Assembly: GCA_963675915.1 (NCBI GenBank)
Contig: OY780959.1
Location: forward strand, 330,001 to 362,000
DNA length: 32,000 nucleotides
Direction of reading: 5' to 3'
Source: Coprobacillaceae bacterium
Lineage (GTDB): Bacteria > Bacillota_I > Bacilli_A > Erysipelotrichales > Coprobacillaceae
Below the pieces are notes generated by a model, which was given only the letters and a program-made list of their open reading frames with translations, did not search any database and was not told where the DNA came from. Position 1 is the first letter of the stretch; the number at the start of each line of letters is the position of its first letter. Shown here piece by piece: positions 25,773 through 32,000 of this stretch. The translations under genes were made by a program, and so were the position numbers.

Positions 25773-25808
25773 AATGGACACTTACTCCCCCAGTAGTGTC
25801 CATTTTTT
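25773..25808 (+). terminator. orphan + strand rho-independent terminator (no annotated + strand gene between it and the previous terminator)
   Basis: aatggacact-(12 nt)-agtgtccatt followed by tttt. On the - strand no T-tract follows it, so it is directional. Confidence 0.55.
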
Positions 25809-25831
25809 GGTCTTTGGATAGTGGCGCAACT

Positions 25832-25857
25832 AAAAATAGGTGGAATAATCCACCTAT
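25832..25857 (-). terminator. rho-independent terminator after the VOC-family gene
   Basis: On the - strand: ataggtgga-ttat-tccacctat followed by ttttt, 11 nt after the stop. Confidence 0.75.
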
Positions 25858-25868
25858 AGTTAACGATA

Positions 25869-26255
25869 TTATTCGATTTCGGCAAAAAGTTCATGGATAT
25901 TGCCATCAGGATCGGCGAACAAGGCCGTCCTTTGCTTCCAGGGCATGTCCTCGGGCTGGTGGATCGAAGTGGCGCCTTTTTCAATCAACTTTTGGAATGA
26001 CTGGTCGACATCGGCCGGACTCTCGCAGGGAAAAGCCAGTTCGAATCCTTGACCGGTAGCCGTTTTTTGGTATTCGCCACTGTAGCCATACATCACTTCG
26101 CGCAGGCAGATGGCAAATCTTGCCCCTTCGTTTTCAAATTCGACATAATTGCCCAGGTCATTGATGATTTTGAACCCGACAACCTGATGATAGAAGCTTT
26201 TCATTCGGTCGATATCATCGGTCCAAATCGTAATCAGATTAATTTGTGCCTTCAT
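25869..26255 (-). CDS. VOC (glyoxalase/bleomycin-resistance/dioxygenase) family protein
   Basis: The 128-aa protein has the beta-alpha-beta-beta-beta module pattern. Motifs are 'INLITIWTDDIDRMKSFYHQVVGF' and the C-terminal 'ALFADPDGNIHELF'. An AAGGAG RBS precedes the start. Confidence 0.8.
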   Translation of the reverse strand: MKAQINLITIWTDDIDRMKSFYHQVVGFKIINDLGNYVEFENEGARFAICLREVMYGYSGEYQKTATGQGFELAFPCESPADVDQSFQKLIEKGATSIHQPEDMPWKQRTALFADPDGNIHELFAEIE

Positions 26256-26442
26256 TTTTTTCTCCTTTTTTAATTGGTATTACTAGGGTAAAGCTGTCGC
26301 GCCATAATGATTTTGTTTGATATCCCTATTGTATCATAACAGGCCCAGAAACCATGGCAATATCACAAGATTGAAAATATTTTGGGAGCAAAAAACATAA
26401 CTTACTTTTAGCATAGCTTATTTCCTTCTAGAATCGGTAAAC

Positions 26443-26485
26443 AAAAAGATGATATCCTGAGCAATTACGGTCCGGATATCATCTT
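26443..26485 (-). terminator. rho-independent terminator after the DUF871 gene
   Basis: On the - strand: aagatgatatcc-(16 nt)-ggatatcatctt followed by tttgttt. The stem is 12 bp. Confidence 0.7.
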
Positions 26486-26492
26486 GTAAGGA

Positions 26493-27590
26493 TTATTTTT
26501 TGGTGAAGTAGAAATAGTGACCCGGTTTGAAGGCTTCAAGCAGGTAGAGTTCATCTTCAGGGAAGGTGGCTACCAGATTGCGTTCACCGTCATTTTTGAT
26601 GTAATCAAGGACGATTTGCAGTTCACCACGGTAATGAGCCAGGTTGTCATTGACAATCACGATATCACCCGGTTCGAAGAATTCCTTTTCGACAGGCCGA
26701 TGGGGAATGCTTTGATCTTTGCATTCAAGGCGCGGGTAACTCGAACGGATCATGAATGACGAGTAGTCAGGTCGGTCGAAGTGGGGGAAGTGTTCGTACA
26801 GCACTTTCTTTTCGACATCACTAATACCTTCCTCTTCATCGACTTTGAATTCGAGATATTGCCAGTTGACCCTGCTCAAGGCCACCAGTTCTTCATCGGT
26901 GGCCGGATAGTTACCGATCAGAATATCATCGATATTGCCTAAAGCAATAAGATGGCGCGCCTGCAAATCGATTGGCAAGCAGCGGTGGATTTCCATCGTC
27001 GGCAAACCACAGAAGACCGCCCAAGGTCCGATGGTGTTGTCGTTGTTCGAAGAAACAAAGGCTGCTGTAGCCAGGTTGAGATCTTTCCATTTGACATTGA
27101 GCTCCTGATATAAGTCGAGATCAAGGCCAGTATAACGTTCCGGGAAGAAGTTATGGCAGACCTGGATGGCATCACGGTTCCCGCCGGAATCAATCATATG
27201 ATCCAATCCGGCATTCATGCTGGCATTGAATTCAATCTTGATATTGTCATAGTTGCGGGAAATCAGGATATTGTCTTGCATCGAGAAATCACCATCGAGG
27301 CGGATCACATCGACACCCAGATCAATCAAGGGTTGGAGATTGGTCGGGCTGGCTCCGATTTCCTTGAAGATTTCGGGATTGGTATCAACCGCTATTTCAA
27401 AGCCCAGCTCATGACAGTAGCTTGAGAATTCCTTGAACACTTTGAAATAATCAGCTCTTGTTTCTTTGTCGACTGAAAGGAAACAAGTGAAGATTCGCGT
27501 AAAGCCCAGTTCGCTGGCTCTTTTGACATATTGGTATACTTCATTCAAATCACTTTTGTCGGGATAAACCGATATTCCTAATTTATGCAT
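26493..27590 (-). CDS. DUF871 family protein (MupG-like 6-phospho-N-acetylmuramidase family)
   Basis: Motifs are 'MHKLGISVYPDKS', 'GFTRIFTCFLSV', 'CHNFFPERYTGLDL' and 'GLPTMEIHRCLPIDLQARHLIALGNIDDILIGN', which match my recollection of DUF871/MupG proteins. Length is 365 aa with a GGAGG RBS. Confidence 0.8.
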   Translation of the reverse strand: MHKLGISVYPDKSDLNEVYQYVKRASELGFTRIFTCFLSVDKETRADYFKVFKEFSSYCHELGFEIAVDTNPEIFKEIGASPTNLQPLIDLGVDVIRLDGDFSMQDNILISRNYDNIKIEFNASMNAGLDHMIDSGGNRDAIQVCHNFFPERYTGLDLDLYQELNVKWKDLNLATAAFVSSNNDNTIGPWAVFCGLPTMEIHRCLPIDLQARHLIALGNIDDILIGNYPATDEELVALSRVNWQYLEFKVDEEEGISDVEKKVLYEHFPHFDRPDYSSFMIRSSYPRLECKDQSIPHRPVEKEFFEPGDIVIVNDNLAHYRGELQIVLDYIKNDGERNLVATFPEDELYLLEAFKPGHYFYFTKK

Positions 27591-27657
27591 GATTAAACCT
27601 CCGTTTTTTCTTATAATTCAATTATAGAACAAAACCGAATAAACAGCATCTATTTTC

Positions 27658-27689
27658 AATATATGAAATTATATTTTAAATATATGAAA
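27658..27689. repeat. two copies of an 11-nt direct repeat spaced 21 nt (operator candidate)
   Basis: aatatatgaaa occurs at 27658-27668 and 27679-27689, in the divergent mupG-like / secG intergenic region. Confidence 0.5.
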
Positions 27690-27775
27690 ATAGCTGGAAT
27701 AACAATGACGTAATGGGGAAGTTTTGAGGATTTGATTCGTCTGGAAACTATTCGCTGATATTATCGATAAAAGAG

Positions 27776-27804
27776 TTGAAATTATTGCGAATATATGTTA
27801 CTAT
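27776..27804 (+). promoter_or_regulatory. sigma-A-type promoter candidate for secG
   Basis: TTGAAA (27776-27781), 17-nt spacer, TACTAT (27799-27804). Confidence 0.45.
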
Positions 27805-27830
27805 TTCTTAAGTCAAGAAGGAGGTATAGT

Positions 27831-28058
27831 ATGTTAGATAATTTATTAATGATAACTGAATTTATCATCGCAGTCGTTCTTGCTATACTATGTTTATTAC
27901 AAAGCGGAAAATCAGATGGGGTTATTAATGCATTGACTGGTCAAAGTTCATCTTTATTTCAAGATCAGAAAGAAAGAGGAATCGACCTGATCCTGTCAAG
28001 AACAACAGCTGGATTAGGGGTTGCTTTCTTCGTCATTGCAATCTTATTGAGAATGTAG
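27831..28058 (+). CDS. secG: preprotein translocase subunit SecG
   Basis: The 75-aa product from ATG 27831 has an AAGGAGG RBS. It has two TM helices, with 'AVVLAILCLLQSGKSDG' (the SecG 'LLQ.gKg.G' motif). It sits upstream of rnr-smpB-ssrA, as in Bacillus. Confidence 0.85.
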   Translation: MLDNLLMITEFIIAVVLAILCLLQSGKSDGVINALTGQSSSLFQDQKERGIDLILSRTTAGLGVAFFVIAILLRM

Positions 28059-28063
28059 TAAAT

Positions 28064-28087
28064 TAGGACGAATGTCCTATTTTTTTT
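28064..28087 (+). terminator. rho-independent terminator between secG and rnr
   Basis: taggac-gaat-gtccta followed by tttttttt. Confidence 0.7.
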
Positions 28088-28109
28088 GGCCTAAAATAAG
28101 GAGGCAGTA

Positions 28110-30434
28110 ATGGAAAACAAAATACTGACGTATTTGAAAGACGAAGAGAATTTGCTTCGTACTATCGATCAAATTGCCGTAGGCTTGAATATAGATAAAC
28201 ACCATAATAATAATGAGTTGATCAAGACTTTGAACAGTCTCGAACAGGAAGGTAGAATCTACCAGAACAAGTACCACCAGTACTTTTTAATCGAACAACT
28301 CGATATGCGCATCGGCGTATTATCAATCCACGAACGTGGATTTGGGTTTGTCAAAGTAGAGCATGAAGAAAAAGACATCTTCATCGACAAGTCAGGCATC
28401 AAAGATGCGTTCGATCAGGATATAGTCCTGGTCAAACTGACATCACCACATACCAGCAGTCGCCCTGAAGGGGTAGTTGTCAAAGTGGTGGAACGCGGCC
28501 GGACCAATGTGGTCGGTCTTGTCAAAAGAAACAAGAAGAATCATCTCTACGTCGAATGTGATGACGTGAGATTCAAAGAAAAAATCTTTGTCGACAACGC
28601 CCATGCCCATGGAGCAATGCCTGGGCATAAGGTTGTTGTGGAAATCAAGGTTTACACGCCCCCATTAAAAGGTAATGTGACTAGAATCATCGGACATAAA
28701 AATGATCCTGGTGTTGATATCATGTCGATTGTCTATGATCATGGGGTCGAACTCGAATTCCCCAAACCGGTCTATAACCAGATTGACGACATCAATGACT
28801 TTGTCACTGAAAAGGATATCGAAGGCCGGATGGATTTGCGGGATATGCAGATTGTCACCATCGATGGCGATGACGCCAAAGACTTGGATGATGCAATCTC
28901 GCTGGAAAGATTGCCTAACGGCAATTTCTACCTGGGAGTCCATATCGCCGATGTCTCGAACTATGTGACTGAAAACAGTCCCCTCGATCATGAAGCGGTG
29001 CGCCGCGGAACTTCAATCTACCTGGTTGACCGCGTGATTCCGATGTTGCCGCATAAGCTTTCAAACGGGATCTGTTCCTTGAATCCTCAAGTTGACCGGT
29101 TGACGATTTCATGTTTCATGGAAATCGACCGCAACGGAGAAGTGGTTCGTCATGAAATCCTTCCGACTGTGATCAATTCGAATCACCGGATGACTTACAA
29201 TAATGTCAACAAGATCCTTGATGGGGATACCCAGCTGATGAGCGAATACCGCGATGTGCTGGAAATGTTCTATCAGATGGAAGAGTTGGCTGAAATGCTT
29301 AGAAAGCACCGTGAACGCCGCGGAGCGATTGATTTTGACATCAATGAAGGTAAAGTCCTGGTTGATGAAGAAGGAGTTCCTTATGACGTCGTGTTACGTT
29401 CAAGAGGAATTTCTGAACATATCATCGAGGAGTTCATGTTGGCAGCCAATGAAACGATTGCCCAACGATTCTACTGGATGGACATTCCGTTCATCTACCG
29501 GGTCCATGAACATCCCGATTCGAAAAAATTGGCGAAGTTCTTCTCGATTGCATCGGCCTTTGGTTACCGGCCACATGGTTCACTTGATGACATGTATCCA
29601 AGCCAATTAAGCCATATTATCGAGGATAGCCGTGGCAAGGATGAACATCAGGTCATTGCGACTCTGTTGCTTCGTTCAATGGCCAAAGCCCGTTATGATG
29701 AAAACTGTCTAGGCCATTATGGTCTGGCGGATGACTATTACACTCACTTCACTTCGCCGATTCGTCGTTACCCGGATTTATTGGTGCATCGTTTGATTCG
29801 AACTTTCATTTTCGACAAGAAACTAGACCTCGATACCATCAAGCACTTCGAGGAAGTAATTCCTGATCTGGCACTTCAAGCCAGCGAGAACGAACGTAAA
29901 GCGATCGATATCGAACGTGAAGTTGAAGATATGAAAAAAGCCGAGTACATGCAAGACCATGTCGGGGAAACTTTCGTGGGAACCATTTCATCAGTAACCA
30001 ACTTTGGATTCTTTGTGGAACTCGACAATACCGTTGACGGTTTGGTTCATGTTACTGATATGACTGATGATTTCTATACTTATGATGAAATCAAACTGCG
30101 TTATCTGGGTCGGAGAACCGGTAATGTCTTCTCAATGGGACAGAAAGTCAAAGTCAGATTGAAATCAGCATCCAAGCTGGAAAAGAAAATCGACTTTGAA
30201 ATTGTGTCCAAAGGTAAAAACGGTAATGGTCGTCCTAAAAAACACAGCAAATACAAGAAAAACCGCAAAGGCGACAAACCAGAAGATCGTCGCCCATACA
30301 AAGCAGATGGCAAACGACCTGGCAAACCTGGGGGTAAACGACCAAGCAAACCCGGTGGCAAGCGACCTGACAAATCTTCAGGTGAAGGTTATAAAAAGCA
30401 TAAAAAGAAACATTCAAGAAAACCTAGTCAATAA
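28110..30434 (+). CDS. rnr: ribonuclease R (3'-5' exoribonuclease, RNB family) with a Lys/Pro-rich C-terminal tail
   Basis: RNB-domain motifs are 'TIDGDDAKDLDDAISL', 'LGVHIADVSNYV', 'RGTSIYLVDRVIPMLP' and 'HFTSPIRRYPDLLVHR'. The S1 domain contains 'GTISSVTNFGFFVEL'. Length is 774 aa with an AAGGAGG RBS. Confidence 0.93.
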   Translation: MENKILTYLKDEENLLRTIDQIAVGLNIDKHHNNNELIKTLNSLEQEGRIYQNKYHQYFLIEQLDMRIGVLSIHERGFGFVKVEHEEKDIFIDKSGIKDAFDQDIVLVKLTSPHTSSRPEGVVVKVVERGRTNVVGLVKRNKKNHLYVECDDVRFKEKIFVDNAHAHGAMPGHKVVVEIKVYTPPLKGNVTRIIGHKNDPGVDIMSIVYDHGVELEFPKPVYNQIDDINDFVTEKDIEGRMDLRDMQIVTIDGDDAKDLDDAISLERLPNGNFYLGVHIADVSNYVTENSPLDHEAVRRGTSIYLVDRVIPMLPHKLSNGICSLNPQVDRLTISCFMEIDRNGEVVRHEILPTVINSNHRMTYNNVNKILDGDTQLMSEYRDVLEMFYQMEELAEMLRKHRERRGAIDFDINEGKVLVDEEGVPYDVVLRSRGISEHIIEEFMLAANETIAQRFYWMDIPFIYRVHEHPDSKKLAKFFSIASAFGYRPHGSLDDMYPSQLSHIIEDSRGKDEHQVIATLLLRSMAKARYDENCLGHYGLADDYYTHFTSPIRRYPDLLVHRLIRTFIFDKKLDLDTIKHFEEVIPDLALQASENERKAIDIEREVEDMKKAEYMQDHVGETFVGTISSVTNFGFFVELDNTVDGLVHVTDMTDDFYTYDEIKLRYLGRRTGNVFSMGQKVKVRLKSASKLEKKIDFEIVSKGKNGNGRPKKHSKYKKNRKGDKPEDRRPYKADGKRPGKPGGKRPSKPGGKRPDKSSGEGYKKHKKKHSRKPSQ
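30309..30380 (+). repeat. three tandem imperfect 24-nt repeats inside the rnr tail
   Basis: The units are ggcaaacgacctggcaaacctggg, ggtaaacgaccaagcaaacccggt and ggcaagcgacctgacaaatcttca. They encode GKRPGKPG, GKRPSKPG and GKRPDKSS. Confidence 0.85.
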
Positions 30435-30435
30435 C

Positions 30436-30463
30436 TTGACAAATATCAGATATGTATTATCAT
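30436..30463 (+). promoter_or_regulatory. possible internal promoter for smpB-ssrA
   Basis: A consensus -35 TTGACA (30436-30441), 16-nt spacer, TATCAT (30458-30463), directly after the rnr stop. Confidence 0.35.
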
Positions 30464-30494
30464 AATATAAGCACATAAAAAGGAGGTGATATGC

Positions 30495-30941
30495 ATGAAG
30501 GTAATTTCGAACAATAAAAAAGCGTACCATGATTATTTTATCCTGGATACCTATGAAGCCGGAATCGAACTCAAAGGGACTGAAATCAAGTCAATCCGTC
30601 TGGGTAATGTCAATTTGAAAGACAGTTATGTCCGGATTAAAAACGGTGAAGTTCAAATCGTGAACATGCATATCTCACCTTATTCTATGGGCAATATCTT
30701 CAATCACGAACCGACAAGAACTCGCAAGTTGTTGCTTCATAAAAAAGAGATTCTTAAAATCGAAAACAAGCTTAAAGAAGGGGGACTGACCATAGTTCCT
30801 ACCAAGCTGTATTTCGGTAATTCTTCCAAAGCAAAATTGGAGATTGGAATCGCCAAAGGTAAGAAGCTTTACGACAAGCGTCAAGACTTGAAAGCCCGTG
30901 ATGCCAAACGAGAAATCGAAAAGGCGATGAAGAATTATTAA
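30495..30941 (+). CDS. smpB: SsrA-binding protein SmpB
   Basis: Motifs are '[29 protein letters not shown]', 'NMHISPY', '[16 protein letters not shown]' and '[11 protein letters not shown]'. I use ATG 30495, with an AGGAGG RBS 8 nt upstream, rather than the track's GTG at 30486. Confidence 0.93.
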   Translation: MKVISNNKKAYHDYFILDTYEAGIELKGTEIKSIRLGNVNLKDSYVRIKNGEVQIVNMHISPYSMGNIFNHEPTRTRKLLLHKKEILKIENKLKEGGLTIVPTKLYFGNSSKAKLEIGIAKGKKLYDKRQDLKARDAKREIEKAMKNY

Positions 30942-30944
30942 CAC

Positions 30945-31293
30945 GGGGGTGTCCTGGATTCGACAGGGGCCTGTTTGACCTTAGTTGCAGCCGTCGGCAT
31001 ACGTTAAGTGCACCAAAAAATATCTGGAAACAGACAACAAACTTTTGCTTTCGCATAGTCAATAACGACTGAAAGCGCCATTATCTGATGTGCCTATCGT
31101 CATTTAATCGGCCACATACTCAATAGGATAAGGATTGCCGATGCTCGAGCGGTGATCACGAAAATCCCAGAGCTCGCTAGGCGAAAAATTGTCATTTGTT
31201 TGTAACCTAGTTAAATCTTCTCGAATGACTAAGCTGTAGACGCTTTGGAGGAACGGTCTTTGGACGGGGGTTCGATTCCCCCCACCTCCACCA
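30945..31293 (+). ncRNA. ssrA: tmRNA (SsrA), one-piece, ~349 nt
   Basis: The 5' end GGGGGUGUCCUGGAUUCGACAGGGG pairs with the 3' end CACCUCC-A-CCA to form a 7-bp acceptor stem with the G3:U alanine identity pair. The T-arm is GGGGG-UUCGAUU-CCCCC. A candidate tag ORF (31026-31058) reads GGA AAC AGA CAA CAA ACU UUU GCU UUC GCA UAG. The gene starts 3 nt after the smpB stop. Confidence 0.95.
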
Positions 31294-31303
31294 AATGCGA
31301 AAT

Positions 31304-31325
31304 AACGCCTTTATAAAGGCGTTTT
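31304..31325 (+). terminator. rho-independent terminator after ssrA
   Basis: aacgcctt-tata-aaggcgtt followed by tt. Confidence 0.65.
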
Positions 31326-31337
31326 AGATATCAAAGA

Positions 31338-31377
31338 CTCTATGTAACTCTATTTGTGAGACACATGGAGTTTTTTT
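31338..31377 (+). terminator. second terminator-like hairpin with a T7 tract
   Basis: ctctatgt-(17 nt)-acatggag (one G:U pair) followed by ttttttt. Confidence 0.4.
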
Positions 31378-31555
31378 GTTATTAGCATATATTGGGGTTG
31401 TGGAGAATATTTTCGAATAAAGGGATTAGTACTTTAATTTATTTAATAAAATATATTCTACTGTACTTACTTTCAATTTAAATTAGACAAACTGATAAAA
31501 GTAACTGATTATGGTAAATCAACGTAATTTGAGTATTACAATATAGATTTTATCT

Positions 31556-32000
31556 TTACCCCCTATTCTCGATAAGAGTAGCCCCGATGCTTTTGTTTTT
31601 GCAGTCCGTGACTTTGTTGTCTCGGCCACTGCAGCTGTAGTGGGCATAGTAGGTGCCATCACGATTTCTGGATATTTTTCCGCTCACATATGAATGACCA
31701 CATTCACCACAAAATAATTTACCGGTCAGCAGGTAAAAGTGGCACCCATTACGCCGTGGTTTGATTTTGGCATACATCATTGATTGGACCAGATTCCATG
31801 TATCTTATCTGATGATCCTTGGAAGAGCATTTTCGATCCGGACAATTACTTTGTCGTCCTTATATTGGTGATTGCCTTTTTTCTTGCTTTTGCGCTTTTT
31901 CCAGATATAGCAACCACGATATTTTTCATTTCGGAGAATATCATAAATGCTGTTTTGGCTGAAGTTCTTTCCACGCTTGCTCTTATAACCTTTTTCGTTA
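31556..32000 (-). pseudogene. large serine recombinase remnant (recombinase domain + zinc beta-ribbon); in-frame stop and 3' truncation; 5' end beyond the window
   Basis: The - strand frame reads ...NEKGYKSKRGKNFSQNSIYDILRNEKYRGCYIWKK...VIVRIENALPRIIR*DTWNLVQSMMYAKIKPRRNGCHFYLLTGKLFCGECGHSYVS...YYAHYSCSGRDNKVTDCKNKSIGATLIENRG*. The TAA at 31805-31807 is in the same frame as both halves. The ORF stops right after the zinc ribbon, where full-length enzymes continue with a coiled coil. Confidence 0.7.

Noticed and set aside
30101-30373. - strand ORF with GRLPPGL repeats (MSGRLPPGLLGRLPPGLPGRLP...)
   Set aside because: It is the antisense reading of the Lys/Pro-rich repeat tail of rnr. Its repeat structure is inherited from the sense strand, and it has no RBS or independent signals.
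31240-31293. tRNA-like T-arm and acceptor end (GGGGGTTCGATTCCCCC...CCA)
   Set aside because: It is the tRNA-like domain of the tmRNA. Its acceptor partner is the 5' end at 30945-30951, so it is not a separate tRNA gene.
1-32000. CRISPR arrays, rRNA genes, riboswitches, T-boxes and recognisable defence-system gene sets (RM, TA, Abi, CBASS and similar)
   Set aside because: I saw no regularly spaced direct repeats, no cas-like or nuclease/NTPase clusters other than AddAB, and no conserved riboswitch cores in the leaders I read. The only repeats are intragenic (8012-8380, 30309-30380) or a short AT-rich pair (27658-27689).

Overview
This 32 kb window looks like chromosomal DNA from a low-GC Gram-positive bacterium (Bacillota-like). 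The standard genetic code applies, since TGA is used as a stop. GC is roughly 40-45 % by eye. The lineage call rests on secG-rnr-smpB-ssrA synteny, an AddAB helicase-nuclease, an MreB/Mbl actin and a DUF1146 membrane protein.

Most of the window is housekeeping or ordinary accessory metabolism:
- a Cof-type HAD hydrolase followed by hisC
- a Lac/chitobiose-family PTS EIIC overlapping a cytoplasmic glycosylasparaginase
- an RpiR/MurR regulator
- a split chromate-transporter (ChrA) pair
- yaaA, an NdpA-like nucleoid protein and a LysR regulator
- addA/addB and glutamine-dependent nadE
- mreB, a CNNM/CorC-type protein and a second Cof-type HAD
- a VOC/glyoxalase protein and a DUF871/MupG-like protein
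- secG, rnr, smpB and tmRNA

Two mobile-DNA signatures are present. One is an AT-rich ISL3-family insertion sequence carrying an extra Cys-rich ORF, sitting between hisC and the PTS gene. The other is a decayed large serine recombinase just downstream of ssrA; it has an in-frame stop and a 3' truncation and runs off the right edge.

I saw no CRISPR array, rRNA or free-standing tRNA. I did not find a convincing new multi-gene system. The best leads are:
- the EIIC-glycosylasparaginase module
- the accessory zinc-ribbon ORF in the IS
- the non-canonical ...FAFA tmRNA tag
- the ssrA-flanking recombinase remnant
- an orphan structured, terminator-ended intergenic segment
- a pair of lineage-specific orphan genes

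All family calls rest on motifs read from the translations. No database search was run.
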